Under the pieces are notes generated by a model. It did no database searches, had not been told where the DNA came from, and saw nothing but the letters and a program-made list of their open reading frames with translations. Made by a program: the position numbers and the translations under genes. From the NCBI GenBank assembly GCA_025336685.1, contig GCA_025336685.1_4717.1: 64,000 bases of DNA. One strand, written 5' to 3'. Of the stretch, positions 10,201-19,711 are shown piece after piece. The stretch is from Escherichia coli. GTDB lineage: Bacteria > Pseudomonadota > Gammaproteobacteria > Enterobacterales > Enterobacteriaceae. Within the stretch, counting starts at the first letter, position 1; each line of letters begins with the position of its first letter.

Positions 10201-11149
10201 TAAGCGCTTCAACATCGACTTTCAGGTTTTCCCATCCGATGAGAGAACCACCACTGTTGGCATGGTAACGGTTGTACCAGAAGTCACCGTTAACGCCTAA
10301 AAAGAATATTCCCTTCTCTTCGTTTTGTGGGCCGGAACTATTTCGTGATGCGCTGATATATTTGATTTTAATAATACCGTTAAACACCACTCCTGGGATT
10401 ATTTCGCTGCTTCCAGCTAACTGTGATACTTGGTAAATCCCCGGGGTCGCAGCTTTAACCCATGTTAAGAATTCTGTTACTCCGGCGTTACCACTGAAAT
10501 TCTTAACGTCGGTAAGTATCGCACCATAACCGAACATACCGGGCAGAGCAACTCGTCCGTTGGTACGGTCACGAATATTTGATGCGATTACAGGTAGCTG
10601 TTTACGAACATTATTAACCGCCTTAGGTGTGGCCGATTTTGTCTCATCGTCGCTATCGATGGCGTTGCTCAGGATGGTCAGCCCTCGCTTAGCAGTAGTT
10701 GCATCAGGAAGAAATGCGTTATCCAACACCTTAAGCTGTATTGCACTCGTATTACTAACAACGACATGCATCTGACAGTTAAGAACGCTGGTTGCGCCTT
10801 CGGTAGGCATAGGCTTATATCTTTCTGGTGCACTGCAGACGGCAATCAGAACACCCTTGTCGTCGTACAGACCGATCTCACGTACCCAGAACCCACCTTG
10901 ACTGGCAGGAATAATACCCTCAACGACAATCCTGGTTGTACTATCGCCATCCGCATGGATATTAGAAACTTCCCCACGATAAACTTCGTGAACAAGCGCT
11001 GTTTGGCTGGCGGTCGGGGTTGGTGTCGAGCCGTTACCATCACCAACGGCAAAGTGTGTGATTTTTAGTTTCTCACCGTCGGGAAGTAACGCAGCGGTGA
11101 TACGTTCTGCTCCTTTATCGGTAACTACCGTTTTATATGCTGTACTCAT
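7274..11149 (-). CDS. long tail fibre protein (about 1291 aa from internal Met; ORF track 1318 aa)
   Basis: About 12 degenerate ~34-aa repeats (TARTIGGVSFDGTANIDLPGVNxAGNQNTSGNAATATKLQ) typical of phage fibres; Gly-rich C-terminal domain; likely start MSTAYKTVV at 11147-11149. Confidence 0.8.
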   Translation of the reverse strand: MSTAYKTVVTDKGAERITAALLPDGEKLKITHFAVGDGNGSTPTPTASQTALVHEVYRGEVSNIHADGDSTTRIVVEGIIPASQGGFWVREIGLYDDKGVLIAVCSAPERYKPMPTEGATSVLNCQMHVVVSNTSAIQLKVLDNAFLPDATTAKRGLTILSNAIDSDDETKSATPKAVNNVRKQLPVIASNIRDRTNGRVALPGMFGYGAILTDVKNFSGNAGVTEFLTWVKAATPGIYQVSQLAGSSEIIPGVVFNGIIKIKYISASRNSSGPQNEEKGIFFLGVNGDFWYNRYHANSGGSLIGWENLKVDVEALKRLIALKADLNSPVFTGTPAAPTAAVNNSSRQIANTEFVMRAITALIDSSPATLNTLNKLARAIGSDPNFATTVTNALAGKQPLNALLTAFSGLATSADKLPYFTGVNKVALTVITSTARTLLQQSSIESMQTTLGLSATQFQRFRGQLPTDANLNTYGPVEVSVGIWSKPVSTNADVAHNFPEANAAGYLEVLPAGQFGGTQRYTVRTGNIYVRSLTASWNGQDGPWDDWLKVGNNAATAAKLDTARTIGGVSFDGSANIDLPGVNKAGTQNTSGNAASATKLQTARRIGGVAFDGTADIALPGVNATGNQNTTGNAATATKLKTAVTIGGVSFDGSASINLPGVDAAGNQSTSGNAGSATKLETARTIGGVSFDGTANIDLPGVNKAGTQNTSGNAATATKLQTARKVGGVAFDGTTDIALPGVNAAGNQNTTGNAATATKLKTPITIGGVSFDGSASIDLPGVNAAGNQSTSGNAGSATKLQTARTIGGVSFDGTANIDLPGVNKAGNQSTSGNAATATKLQTARKINGVAFDGTKDISFSINALASKGRVTALANTAQGSNAGIQMYEAYNNGYPTAYGNIIHLKGASSVGEGEILIGWSGTSGAHAPAYLRSRRDAADSNWSEWAQIYTSKDSIPGVNATGNQNTTGNAASATKLQTARTIGGVSFNGTANINLPGVNTTGNQDTTGNAATATKLKTARTIGGVSFDGSANINLPGVNAAGNQNTSGNAATATKLQTARTINGKPFDGTANITLAAKDLGLADSSGYVGRLLNMRVFTSSGTYTPTQGTKRIRVILTGGGGGGGGCQAFSNSETFFGAGGGAGATVISVITVAATSYSVVIGSGGTGGSGATVGNRGGDSKFASLLTAPGGQGAGKTTVTNTGGGGGGVPSTGDIRISGGDGDDGQAGAFPVCGGGGASYWGGGGRAAVGGGSNGLARGSGGGAYDNGYTGTVMRGGRGADGICIIEEFM
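7905..8285 (-). repeat. coding tandem repeats, block B (about 3 units) inside the long fibre gene
   Basis: Same ~34-aa unit after a ~100-aa non-repeat spacer. Confidence 0.55.
8575..9485 (-). repeat. coding tandem repeats, block A (about 9 units of ~102 bp) inside the long fibre gene
   Basis: Repeated GGVSFDG...LPGVN...TGNAATATKL units read from the translation; DNA copies are diverged. Confidence 0.6.
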
Positions 11150-11156
11150 GGTGTTT

Positions 11157-11684
11157 TTATCCTGGATAAATAGTGATGATATCACCAATGACCGTTGTGG
11201 CACCGGCGTAAAGATGAGCCGGAGATACATCGTGTTGGTTTGTCACGGTAAGATCCAATCGACCACGCCAAACCATGGAGGTATTCGCGATGGGGATAGA
11301 AATCTTTTTGGATATATCGTCACGAAAATCAATAACAGTGGCAAGGGTAACTGTATCAAAGTCAACGTCGGGGTCAAAGACGAACCCGTATTGATCTGAA
11401 ATCGCCCGAATAATCGCGTGTATAGTTGTTGTCTTAACAGACTCTAAAACGATTTTTATTGGTATTCCTAGAAATGCCTTCGCAATATCGCGTCGAGCGT
11501 AAACGATAAAACTTTCACCGTTCCACCTTGTTCCTTCATTTGCTGTGACGATCACTTTTGCCCTGTTAGCACCAGAACTTCCATCCAAGACTAATGTAAG
11601 ATCGGAGCTGTTGAATACGCTACTGTTACGTCTGTTTATCAACGACGTCAGTTCGTCTTTCCATGGCGGGTAAAGTGAACACAT
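11157..11684 (-). CDS. free-standing anchor-domain protein (about 175 aa) upstream of the long fibre
   Basis: Paralog of the N-terminal domain of the 870/590/503-aa proteins (YARRDIAKAFLGIPIKI); start MCSLYPPWKDEL with GGAGGAGGG SD. Confidence 0.5.
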   Translation of the reverse strand: MCSLYPPWKDELTSLINRRNSSVFNSSDLTLVLDGSSGANRAKVIVTANEGTRWNGESFIVYARRDIAKAFLGIPIKIVLESVKTTTIHAIIRAISDQYGFVFDPDVDFDTVTLATVIDFRDDISKKISIPIANTSMVWRGRLDLTVTNQHDVSPAHLYAGATTVIGDIITIYPG

Positions 11685-11797
11685 ATGTGCACCCTCCTCC
11701 AACATAACCAGATTAAATATATATTTCTTAAACGTGGGACACGATTCGAGATAAACGTTAACGGTCTTAACGACCGCATAAAATTCCGCGCATATTA

Positions 11798-11829
11798 CCC
11801 CTCTATCCCGACAAAGCGAGATAGAGGGG
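11798..11829 (-). terminator. intrinsic terminator hairpin (10-bp stem)
   Basis: CCCCTCTATC/GATAGAGGGG perfect stem with 12-nt loop, 12 nt downstream of the 590-aa gene stop. Confidence 0.6.
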
Positions 11830-11841
11830 AGGATAATACGA

Positions 11842-13596
11842 TTATGCTGCTACATATCCAGGCCAACGTTCTCTTGGCCAGTTTGTTGCGCCCTGTCCAA
11901 CGTTGTCCTTACCAGAAATTACGTTACTTACATCCCATCCACTCAGATCCTGATTGAACGCGGTGTTTTCGCGCATCATGAGATCGATCTTACGTAGTGA
12001 ACGGGTATTCCAGCCGGAAATGTCTTGGTTGAATGCTGTATTGTAGGCAAACATGTTAGACACGCTTTGTAACTTCGATGTGTTCCAACCACTGATGTCG
12101 CTATTGAACGACATGCTCGAGAACATGCTGCTCGCATCAACAAGGCTGTCGGTTTTCCAATTAACCAGTTTATCACCATCAAGCGCAGCGCTGCTGCTGA
12201 ACATAAAACTCATGTCGTTAACTTTGGACACATCCCATTTATCCAACCCGTTACCCACGAACGCGGGACAGGACGAGAACATATAACTCATATTAGTAAC
12301 CCGACTCACATTCCATTTACTGAAGTCGAGGTTAAGTTTCTGACACCCTAAGAAGGTTTTAGACATGTTGGTGATACGACTAACATCCCACTCTTGGATG
12401 TTGGGGTCGTTAAGTGTCGTTAAATAGTTGAACAATGTCGCTAACGACGTCCATTTCTGTGGAATCTGGTTTGGTACCGTACGAAGCGATGCGAGGTTGT
12501 TGGTTGACGGAGAGCAGAACATGCCGTTATCCCAATTTACGATCTCCGTAATTTTGGACCCTTTGATCGTCTGAGTGACGTTACCATCTTTCACCATACC
12601 TGTAGCGACGATGGTATATTCACCGGTGTCCGCATAATCGTGGGAGTAGGAGTTGTTGCTTGAGGTCTCCGTTACTTTATTCCCATCACCCCAATCGATA
12701 TTGACCTTATCCCATCCACCTAGATAGAACTGTACTTTGCCTCCGGTGGCTTTTAGGATGTATTTACCCCCATTGTCTGTATAATAACAGACGACCATCG
12801 AACCGTACAGATTACCTATCTGCCAATCATCCTTTTGCGTTATTGCGATTTGCGCCGCACCACGCTGTACGAAGAGTACCGTACGATTCTCGGCAGTCTG
12901 TAATGTGGTTATTGCCTGAGCCTTATCGTCCTCGCTAATTTCGCCAGACGCCACCAAAGCGCTTAACATCCTTTCGAAGTATTCGATCGGTAACTCGGTT
13001 CCAACAGACTTATCAACAGACGATACGGCAAGATCACCCAATGCTGCGGTGGTAGCCAACGCCAATGAACCCTTGGTCATATCTGTTTCTTGGATGTAAT
13101 GCAGTCCTGTAAGCTGGTACGCTTGAATAATAGTAATCAGGTTCAGCGTATCGTTAACGACCTGTACCTGTAAATTCCCGGACCATACATAACTGCTTTC
13201 AGCAATCGGTAGTTCGACCGACTGAATACCCGATGTTTCAAAGGTGATCTTCTTATTAAGATCGGTTTCCAGGAAATCAACCGCGAGGTCGAAATTCATG
13301 CCGTACTTTTCAGCGATGGAATCTACGATATTCTTGAAAGCAACATCGGTGCTTACGATAAAACGTAACGGAATTCCTGTAAACGCTTTAGCGATATCTC
13401 GACGAACATACGTAAGCGATTGTTCGAAGAAATAGGGACTGTTATCTCCAGGCTTGATGGTTACCTGACACGCTTCAGGATATTCAGCTGGGATGAACGA
13501 TTCGAATTTAACATCGGATTCCTTCAACGAAAGCTTGTTATTTCGGTTCACTAACGCCAGAAGATCGGCTTTCCATCCGGGGTAAACTGTAGACAT
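11842..13596 (-). CDS. receptor-binding protein: anchor domain fused to DUF285/BspA-like repeat domain
   Basis: N-terminal anchor paralog; C-terminal repeats WNVSRVTNMSYMFSSC / WDVSKVNDMSFMFSS / WNTSKLQSVSNMF match the DUF285 repeat signature; start MSTVYPGW with GGAG SD. Confidence 0.6.
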   Translation of the reverse strand: MSTVYPGWKADLLALVNRNNKLSLKESDVKFESFIPAEYPEACQVTIKPGDNSPYFFEQSLTYVRRDIAKAFTGIPLRFIVSTDVAFKNIVDSIAEKYGMNFDLAVDFLETDLNKKITFETSGIQSVELPIAESSYVWSGNLQVQVVNDTLNLITIIQAYQLTGLHYIQETDMTKGSLALATTAALGDLAVSSVDKSVGTELPIEYFERMLSALVASGEISEDDKAQAITTLQTAENRTVLFVQRGAAQIAITQKDDWQIGNLYGSMVVCYYTDNGGKYILKATGGKVQFYLGGWDKVNIDWGDGNKVTETSSNNSYSHDYADTGEYTIVATGMVKDGNVTQTIKGSKITEIVNWDNGMFCSPSTNNLASLRTVPNQIPQKWTSLATLFNYLTTLNDPNIQEWDVSRITNMSKTFLGCQKLNLDFSKWNVSRVTNMSYMFSSCPAFVGNGLDKWDVSKVNDMSFMFSSSAALDGDKLVNWKTDSLVDASSMFSSMSFNSDISGWNTSKLQSVSNMFAYNTAFNQDISGWNTRSLRKIDLMMRENTAFNQDLSGWDVSNVISGKDNVGQGATNWPRERWPGYVAA

Positions 13597-13614
13597 AAGC
13601 ACTCCAAAGTTCAT

Positions 13615-13631
13615 GGGGCGGTAACCGCCCC
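13615..13631 (-). other. short GC hairpin in the 22-nt spacer between two tail genes
   Basis: GGGGCGG-TAA-CCGCCCC perfect 7-bp stem; no U-tract follows, so attenuator or RNA-processing element rather than a clean terminator. Confidence 0.4.
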
Positions 13632-13636
13632 GTTGG

Positions 13637-16600
13637 TTAAATTGTTGGTTTAATATCGCGTAATAGGGCGATATAATAGCCTAATCCTCGGAGGATCTCC
13701 CCGCTCCAGAAACCAAAATACATTCCGTCTCTGCCGAGATTAGCACTATCTGGTGCAGGACTCCACCCACCATTCATTGCGTCATCAACGGTGTAACGGT
13801 TTATGTAGTTCTCAACGATCTCGTTATAAACATTAACAGCAACAGAATAGCCTTTATCGTTGGGATGTTCGTACAACATCGCTAACGACGCTCCGGCTAA
13901 CCATAATCCCGCCATATGACCAGTAAAGTCGTTCGGGATAAAGGTAGGGGGTTTATCCATCGGAAAATCCGTAGGAGACCGATAGGCGTTTTCCTGCTGA
14001 TACGTAAACAAGAAATCGATCCAATGACTGATGTAAGTGGATAACTTCTCAGGGACAGCCAAACCACGATCAAGCAGTCCTGCATAAAGCCTCACCGCTG
14101 AAAAGAAAGCCCTCGGCTGATAACCAGACCATGCTGTCTGATCGCCGAAGTGGTACATCGTAAAATCATTAACTTTTGATCCGCTTGGCGCATCCCAACG
14201 ATCCCACACGTACGCACTCGCACCCGGCCCTAAAACCCCGAATTTCTGATAATACCACTGTTGTGAGTCATACCAGAAATTCACAACATTCTGGATCATA
14301 AGGTCACGTCGTTCAGCCGGTACGTCCATATCCAGGAAGACCCATGGATGTTGGTAGCCGGGATAAGGCTGCCCACGCCAACTGTCGAACGTCGGTGCGT
14401 TAGGGATATAGTTGTTCGAGAACGGAATAATACCCGGAGTATAAGGCAACGGATCGAGACGCTGGTTGACAATCGTGCAATCACCAACCCGTAATGTTCC
14501 CTCCGCCTCAAAGGTTGCTTTTAACGTAAACAGCATGGTATATCCGTCATCCGTGGTGTAAGTTGACGGCGGATTGTTGATGGCGTAAAGCTTAAATACC
14601 CCTTCAGCGATATCGCTGTCATCGGGCAAGAACAAAATTTCAGTTGAGCCATCACCCCACACAGGTGCAGAAGGTTTAGGGTCAGTATCCGTGTGGTTCG
14701 GTTGATACCCCGAGAGCGTCCATCCGGTAGCCGAAAGCGTCAACGTATTTCTTGATGTGGTGGTCGGTAGCATCTGCCACCATCGCCAACCATTCGCATC
14801 TTCTACACGAACGTTGAAGTCAATCGACGCGAAATAACTGACCTGTCTTACGATCTGTTTTGCTGTTGGATTGAATTCAAATTGTCCGCCTGCCGCAGTA
14901 AGCTGCGCTTTTAAGAACAACCCATCCCAGGAATCTTCCGCCGCTTCGCTGAATTCTGTTGTGATTGCGACATCGTCTTTCCAGCCGACTTTATCGGCCG
15001 ATATCAGCACAGAACCCGTAACAGCATCACCGGTTGGTGTTGAAGCTTCATCAACCGCATCAGCAGGAATCAACGAGCCTATTTTGAAATCCCATCCTTT
15101 CGGTTCAACGCTGGAAGGTAATACCAGCTTATACGTTTTGGCTTTCGCTTCGGTTTTGTCCAAAGAAAGCGATAACGAGATCTCAACCGGAATTGCAAGG
15201 CCTGTCGTATCTTTACCTCCGCAGGTTACACGAAGAATCGATTCGCGATTTACGCGGAACGGAATGGCCTGCTGTTCGAGGTAAATTTGTGCTGAAGATG
15301 CTTGAATCACGATCCAGCCATCGGTATCACGCGTGATTGTGAACGGCGCTTTCGATGGGTATGTATACGTGTAAGCGATACCGTCGGTATCGTAACGATT
15401 GGTTCCTTTTACCTGACGGAAGAACTTATCGTTGGCGTCGATACGGGTATATTCTTCAATTGTAAACAAAGATGCCTTGTACGCTTTCTGATAGCGCTCC
15501 TGCTGCGTTAAACGGTATAAGGTGTAGGCTGATTCACAAAACCACTGTTCGGCGTCTGATGCGTTTCCCATGTAGTCTCTGGTGACTGGCACCTGGATCG
15601 GTCGGTTATGCTGACATTCATTCGTTTTAATAAGGTATCCGCCATATTCAACAGGAACACGGGGTGCCCATGCAACCAAGTAAGAACCGTTGACGGATTT
15701 ATCTTTGAGTACGATGGTGCCCACCTCATCGTCGGTACACGCTGCAAGATCGTCCCCGTCAGCACTTACGTAACGTTTTGTGCGTAACGCAACTTTCTCG
15801 ATAGGAAACACCGTACCCTTTGTATTCCAGTCAATTGTCCCATCATCATTGGTTTTGAACACGTCCGCGTTCAAATTCTGCCAGCCGAGTTTACCCTCAT
15901 AGACCTTAACAACAAGATCCGCGTATTCCCCGAACGTTGGTGCACCATGTGCTATTTTTCCAATACCGTTGGTGAATGTAACCACTGTGTCATGGAAACC
16001 ACCATGTGTTGGGTAATCGTCTTTTGCAAGAGGATAATGGGCCAACACAGGCTGTTTACCATTAACAATCCAGTTAGCGATCCAGCGTGCCGGTGTATCC
16101 GGTGGTTCAAGGCCTGCATAGAACGCTTTTATATACGCATCGAACGATGATTCTGCTAATGTAAGATAGTGCGCTTTAAGTTTGGTATCATCCGTTGTAT
16201 GACTGAATATACCAGCACCCAGAATTAACAACGACTGTCCTTCTGTTGTCGCGTCACCGTCTGGTTGTGCTTCTTGTCGTGTTGCTGCGATGAAATGGCG
16301 ATTGTTTACCATTACCCCGCTTTCATTTAACACGTAATGATCGGTTTCTGGGTTGGTAAACGTTCCTGTATTTCGGGTTAAGAAGCTTGCATGGCCATAA
16401 CCAACGAAATTAACCGGCGACGCTGTAATCATCCATTTACCGATAAGTTGGGCGACGTCGTTATAACGCTCCGATGCGGTGATTTGTTTCACGTACCAAT
16501 CTTTACGGTTGAATGTCCAAAGCAGGAAGTAATACGTGGCATTGATTTCCATTACCGGAAACGTCGGTGTTAACGGCTCCAGCGTTAAGTAGTTGCTCCA

Positions 16601-17233
16601 ATCAATCTGCCCACCAACAACCGATGGGGTAATCTCTAATAACTGACACCATTCATAACGGTCCGACACACTACTGGACGTTGCTGGTAAAGGTAACTTG
16701 TATACGCCAGTACGATTCAGATTGAATGCTTTCCTAGCTGATCCTAAATCAACATAAATACCGGATGATGCGTTTGCACTAGATGTCTCCAAAGCACCTA
16801 GCGTTGACCGATACATTGAGATGAACAGCGTATCTTTCCAGTAAGGGTTATCCTTGGTTGGTTCTAGTGCGATTTGTGCAAAGATGCTGTTCTGTGTCCC
16901 TAACTGGTATGTTGCACTTAAAGATTCTTCTGTGAAGTAACTTTCTGCAATCGCCAGATGGAACTGCTCGTTCAATAACGCGAGTGCCGCTCGACCAGAA
17001 ACCGCTTCATTACCGGTTTCTTTTTTCATGATTGCGCCGAACGGAAACAGTGTCGCGAATGACCGTTTTGGTTTATTAACCGTAACCGTCCCCGTGTAAT
17101 TTCCAACACCATCAAGTTTTTGACTATCGCCGACAGCAGTGACTGTGACGCCATCAACTGGGATATCTGTTTTGTTTAGTGCGTTGAGTTGGTCGACCAG
17201 ATCCTGTTTATCATCAGGTAAGAATGTCGTCAT
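13637..17233 (-). CDS. large tail-associated protein (1198 aa), putative tail spike
   Basis: Giant ORF immediately downstream of a free-standing anchor-domain gene (13-nt gap, GGAG SD); no motif confidently recognised. Confidence 0.5.
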   Translation of the reverse strand: MTTFLPDDKQDLVDQLNALNKTDIPVDGVTVTAVGDSQKLDGVGNYTGTVTVNKPKRSFATLFPFGAIMKKETGNEAVSGRAALALLNEQFHLAIAESYFTEESLSATYQLGTQNSIFAQIALEPTKDNPYWKDTLFISMYRSTLGALETSSANASSGIYVDLGSARKAFNLNRTGVYKLPLPATSSSVSDRYEWCQLLEITPSVVGGQIDWSNYLTLEPLTPTFPVMEINATYYFLLWTFNRKDWYVKQITASERYNDVAQLIGKWMITASPVNFVGYGHASFLTRNTGTFTNPETDHYVLNESGVMVNNRHFIAATRQEAQPDGDATTEGQSLLILGAGIFSHTTDDTKLKAHYLTLAESSFDAYIKAFYAGLEPPDTPARWIANWIVNGKQPVLAHYPLAKDDYPTHGGFHDTVVTFTNGIGKIAHGAPTFGEYADLVVKVYEGKLGWQNLNADVFKTNDDGTIDWNTKGTVFPIEKVALRTKRYVSADGDDLAACTDDEVGTIVLKDKSVNGSYLVAWAPRVPVEYGGYLIKTNECQHNRPIQVPVTRDYMGNASDAEQWFCESAYTLYRLTQQERYQKAYKASLFTIEEYTRIDANDKFFRQVKGTNRYDTDGIAYTYTYPSKAPFTITRDTDGWIVIQASSAQIYLEQQAIPFRVNRESILRVTCGGKDTTGLAIPVEISLSLSLDKTEAKAKTYKLVLPSSVEPKGWDFKIGSLIPADAVDEASTPTGDAVTGSVLISADKVGWKDDVAITTEFSEAAEDSWDGLFLKAQLTAAGGQFEFNPTAKQIVRQVSYFASIDFNVRVEDANGWRWWQMLPTTTSRNTLTLSATGWTLSGYQPNHTDTDPKPSAPVWGDGSTEILFLPDDSDIAEGVFKLYAINNPPSTYTTDDGYTMLFTLKATFEAEGTLRVGDCTIVNQRLDPLPYTPGIIPFSNNYIPNAPTFDSWRGQPYPGYQHPWVFLDMDVPAERRDLMIQNVVNFWYDSQQWYYQKFGVLGPGASAYVWDRWDAPSGSKVNDFTMYHFGDQTAWSGYQPRAFFSAVRLYAGLLDRGLAVPEKLSTYISHWIDFLFTYQQENAYRSPTDFPMDKPPTFIPNDFTGHMAGLWLAGASLAMLYEHPNDKGYSVAVNVYNEIVENYINRYTVDDAMNGGWSPAPDSANLGRDGMYFGFWSGEILRGLGYYIALLRDIKPTI

Positions 17234-17246
17234 TATTTACTCCGCC

Positions 17247-18077
17247 TTAATCGTAACTGAAATAAAGTTTGCTGCTGACGCCGCTATCGGAATGAGGTTT
17301 TAATACCAGAACAGAGCTTCCGAACGACGGAAGTATCGGAACATTTAAATCGTTTGCGTCGGCAACTTTTCCGTTATAAACGACACTGGCTGTTGTGATA
17401 AGTTCCCAAGCTAAGGCATAACTCATTGAAATCAGTGAAGAGGCTAAACGGAATGCGTTGTATCCTTCAGGAGAATCTCCAACCGACAATGAACGTATCG
17501 CATCTTGCGGTGGTAAATTTAGCTTGATGCCGTAGGTGCTAAACGTGTGGAAATCCCCTTGTTTACTATCTTCTGGATAGTAAGAGGTTAGCGGTTCTCG
17601 CACCGTAATCAGTTCGCTAATATCGGTATTTACCGCTTTTCGTGCGAGGAATTGAAACGTACCGTACCACGATGCTGATGCATCAGAACGAATAGGAACA
17701 GTTATGGTTTTCTCGCCGCTTTCAAATTCAATCTGTGTCGCTAACGTTGAAGAATCAAAGATCGTTAAATCGATCTTCAACCCATACTTCTTAAACAGCT
17801 GCGTTAAGCAGTCTGCTATAGTCGTCATATCAGCAACGACAATAAAAGGTTGGTGTTTGATAAAGAGCTTATTAATGTCTCGACGTTGAAGATAAACCTG
17901 CACGGGGTCTTCGATATAGTAAGTCGATTGTGATGTGGGGACTATAGAAAGGCGTAACCGACCTGATGCACCATACCAGGCTGGCGTTAGCGTAATGTCT
18001 GACGGGGATAATGGGTGCTGGAGGTCGGTGTTTATTTTAGATAACACTTCCTCTTGCCATGATGCTTCAGGATACAT
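17247..18077 (-). CDS. free-standing anchor-domain protein (276 aa)
   Basis: Diverged paralog of the anchor domain (YLQRRDINKLF...); TGAGG SD; first gene after the 18163-18190 terminator. Confidence 0.45.
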   Translation of the reverse strand: MYPEASWQEEVLSKINTDLQHPLSPSDITLTPAWYGASGRLRLSIVPTSQSTYYIEDPVQVYLQRRDINKLFIKHQPFIVVADMTTIADCLTQLFKKYGLKIDLTIFDSSTLATQIEFESGEKTITVPIRSDASASWYGTFQFLARKAVNTDISELITVREPLTSYYPEDSKQGDFHTFSTYGIKLNLPPQDAIRSLSVGDSPEGYNAFRLASSLISMSYALAWELITTASVVYNGKVADANDLNVPILPSFGSSVLVLKPHSDSGVSSKLYFSYD

Positions 18078-18162
18078 GCTGACCTCATAGATGATCGTTG
18101 ATAGGAAAGAGACCTAATTCATACCATGGGAACCTCAAAAAAAAAACAAAAAATAGGAAAAC

Positions 18163-18190
18163 GGTGCTCATCCCTAAAAGGATGAGCACC
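18163..18190 (-). terminator. rho-independent terminator
   Basis: Perfect 11-bp stem GGTGCTCATCC/GGATGAGCACC, loop CTAAAA, followed on the minus strand by a long U-tract (plus-strand A-run 18137-18160). Confidence 0.8.
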
Positions 18191-18211
18191 GCGTACCGTT
18201 ATATCGAATGA

Positions 18212-18790
18212 TTAGTAAGGAATCAGATCGTTAAGCTTTTCTTCTTCGATGACAAAGAAGTTGTTCTGGTCGTCTAAATCTGTTAACAGGACTTGTCCGA
18301 CAGTAAAGCACGTGCCACCCTTCTTAGGCATCCATACCGGCTCATTTGTTACCTTATCGGGATACCATTTGAAACGATTGGTATCCAAGAAGAACGCTGC
18401 TTTGTTCACTTTATCCGTTGATCGGTAACTTACTAACGCTGGCCACTCAATCCAGGTATTTGTGCACGGCACATGTAAAGGATACCATGCACGCCAGCGT
18501 TTGCCTGGCTTGTTAGGATCAACCCAATACTCGGCAGTCAATACAGCATCTTTATAATGTTTCTGTATTAACATTTCGAGCACAAGCTCATTGCCTTTTG
18601 ATGAATCTAAAGTCACTTCAGCCATATAAAGAGATTTAGGTAATCCAGACTGTTTTGCGGGTGGTATTACGACACCGGTAACCAACGGTCTGCTCGGCTT
18701 ACGCTTCTGTTCTTTCCGATGTGTGTAAAGGAATAGCCCGATAGCTGCGGCAACAAGTATAATAAACAACACTACCTTAATCCAATTCAT
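18212..18790 (-). CDS. membrane-anchored hypothetical protein (192 aa)
   Basis: N-terminal hydrophobic helix VVLFIILVAAAIGLFLY; 4-nt overlap with the upstream gene. Confidence 0.45.
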   Translation of the reverse strand: MNWIKVVLFIILVAAAIGLFLYTHRKEQKRKPSRPLVTGVVIPPAKQSGLPKSLYMAEVTLDSSKGNELVLEMLIQKHYKDAVLTAEYWVDPNKPGKRWRAWYPLHVPCTNTWIEWPALVSYRSTDKVNKAAFFLDTNRFKWYPDKVTNEPVWMPKKGGTCFTVGQVLLTDLDDQNNFFVIEEEKLNDLIPY

Positions 18791-19536
18791 TCGTCAATAT
18801 CTCCTTCTACAAACAGAGTCAATTTGATTTCAGGATCATAGAACATAGTAATCACACCATCTTGCTCTACTGAACGTTGCGCTGTCCATATTAACTGTTC
18901 ATCCCGAATATCAAATTTATGCCGCTCATCACTCACCACGGCTTCCGCATCAACGTAATGGTAAACATCACCGAGAGGGTTCTCAATCCAACCACGTACC
19001 ATCAAACGTTCTTTTTGTTTACGTGTAAAGAAGCGATAAGGATCTTCGCACGTGCGCCATACATCCCCGTTCCCGCTGACCAGCTCATCATAAACTTTAG
19101 AGAGTTCGTCAGGTACCGGAATCAAAATGTTATCTTGATAGTTCGACCAGAAACGACGTACATCTTGGATCAGCTCATCGTCCTGCAGTTTGATTACCGC
19201 GTCACTATGATCGATTTTAACAGTATCGATATCAAGACGGGTAAACGGAAGAGCGTCTAGGTTTACCGCAACGACATCGATCCGATCATGATGAACATAA
19301 ACCCACCCATCAAACCACCGGTAACCATCAGCTTGATATAGCGTTGTGTGATATCTGACGACGCTGATGTCTTCGAACGATTCTAATAAGGCTTTAGCTG
19401 CTAAAAGCGGTGAAAAGTTCTTTGATTGTCCTGGTTTACGTATCTCTTCTTTGATGAACAATTTACCAAGCAGTGGGTGTTCGATAACAAAACCACAGGA
19501 AAGCATGATGCTTCCTTGATAGCGAGGTTCTTGCAT
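18787..19536 (-). CDS. hypothetical protein (249 aa)
   Basis: ORF with GAGGAA SD. Confidence 0.45.
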   Translation of the reverse strand: MQEPRYQGSIMLSCGFVIEHPLLGKLFIKEEIRKPGQSKNFSPLLAAKALLESFEDISVVRYHTTLYQADGYRWFDGWVYVHHDRIDVVAVNLDALPFTRLDIDTVKIDHSDAVIKLQDDELIQDVRRFWSNYQDNILIPVPDELSKVYDELVSGNGDVWRTCEDPYRFFTRKQKERLMVRGWIENPLGDVYHYVDAEAVVSDERHKFDIRDEQLIWTAQRSVEQDGVITMFYDPEIKLTLFVEGDIDE

Positions 19537-19654
19537 TTCCTATTCCTCAAACAAATGATTGTCTTTTACGCGACATGATTACAAGTACACAGGTTACTGA
19601 ATTTCTGTAAGAATTAATTTTCGTAAACTAAAAGAAAATGTATCCGTGTTTCCT

Positions 19655-19691
19655 GGTTCTTCCCCTCCACAGCCTCAGGAAGAGAAGAACC
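19655..19691 (-). terminator. terminator hairpin
   Basis: Stem GGTTCTTC/GAAGAACC around a CCTCC-containing loop, after the 82-aa gene; minus-strand RNA continues U-rich. Confidence 0.5.
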
Positions 19692-19711
19692 GTTTGCTAA
19701 GTTGTTATGTA

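Noticed and set aside
11149-11230. Programmed frameshift fusing the free anchor protein (11157..11684) to the long fibre, suggested by the 74-nt upstream extension of the fibre ORF and an A-rich junction (GATAAAAAC)
   Set aside because: No canonical slippery heptamer lies in the anchor frame before its stop; an internal ATG at 11147-11149 has an AGGA SD; the other free anchor gene (17247..18077) is cleanly separated from its partner by 13 nt. Gene fission with reinitiation is the simpler reading.
19537-19711. tRNA or other structured RNA genes in the larger intergenic gaps (19537-19711, 21339-21511, 40304-40469, 43147-43301)
   Set aside because: Each gap is accounted for by a terminator hairpin plus an SD/start region or a small ORF; no cloverleaf-compatible arrangement with a T-loop GTTC motif was seen.
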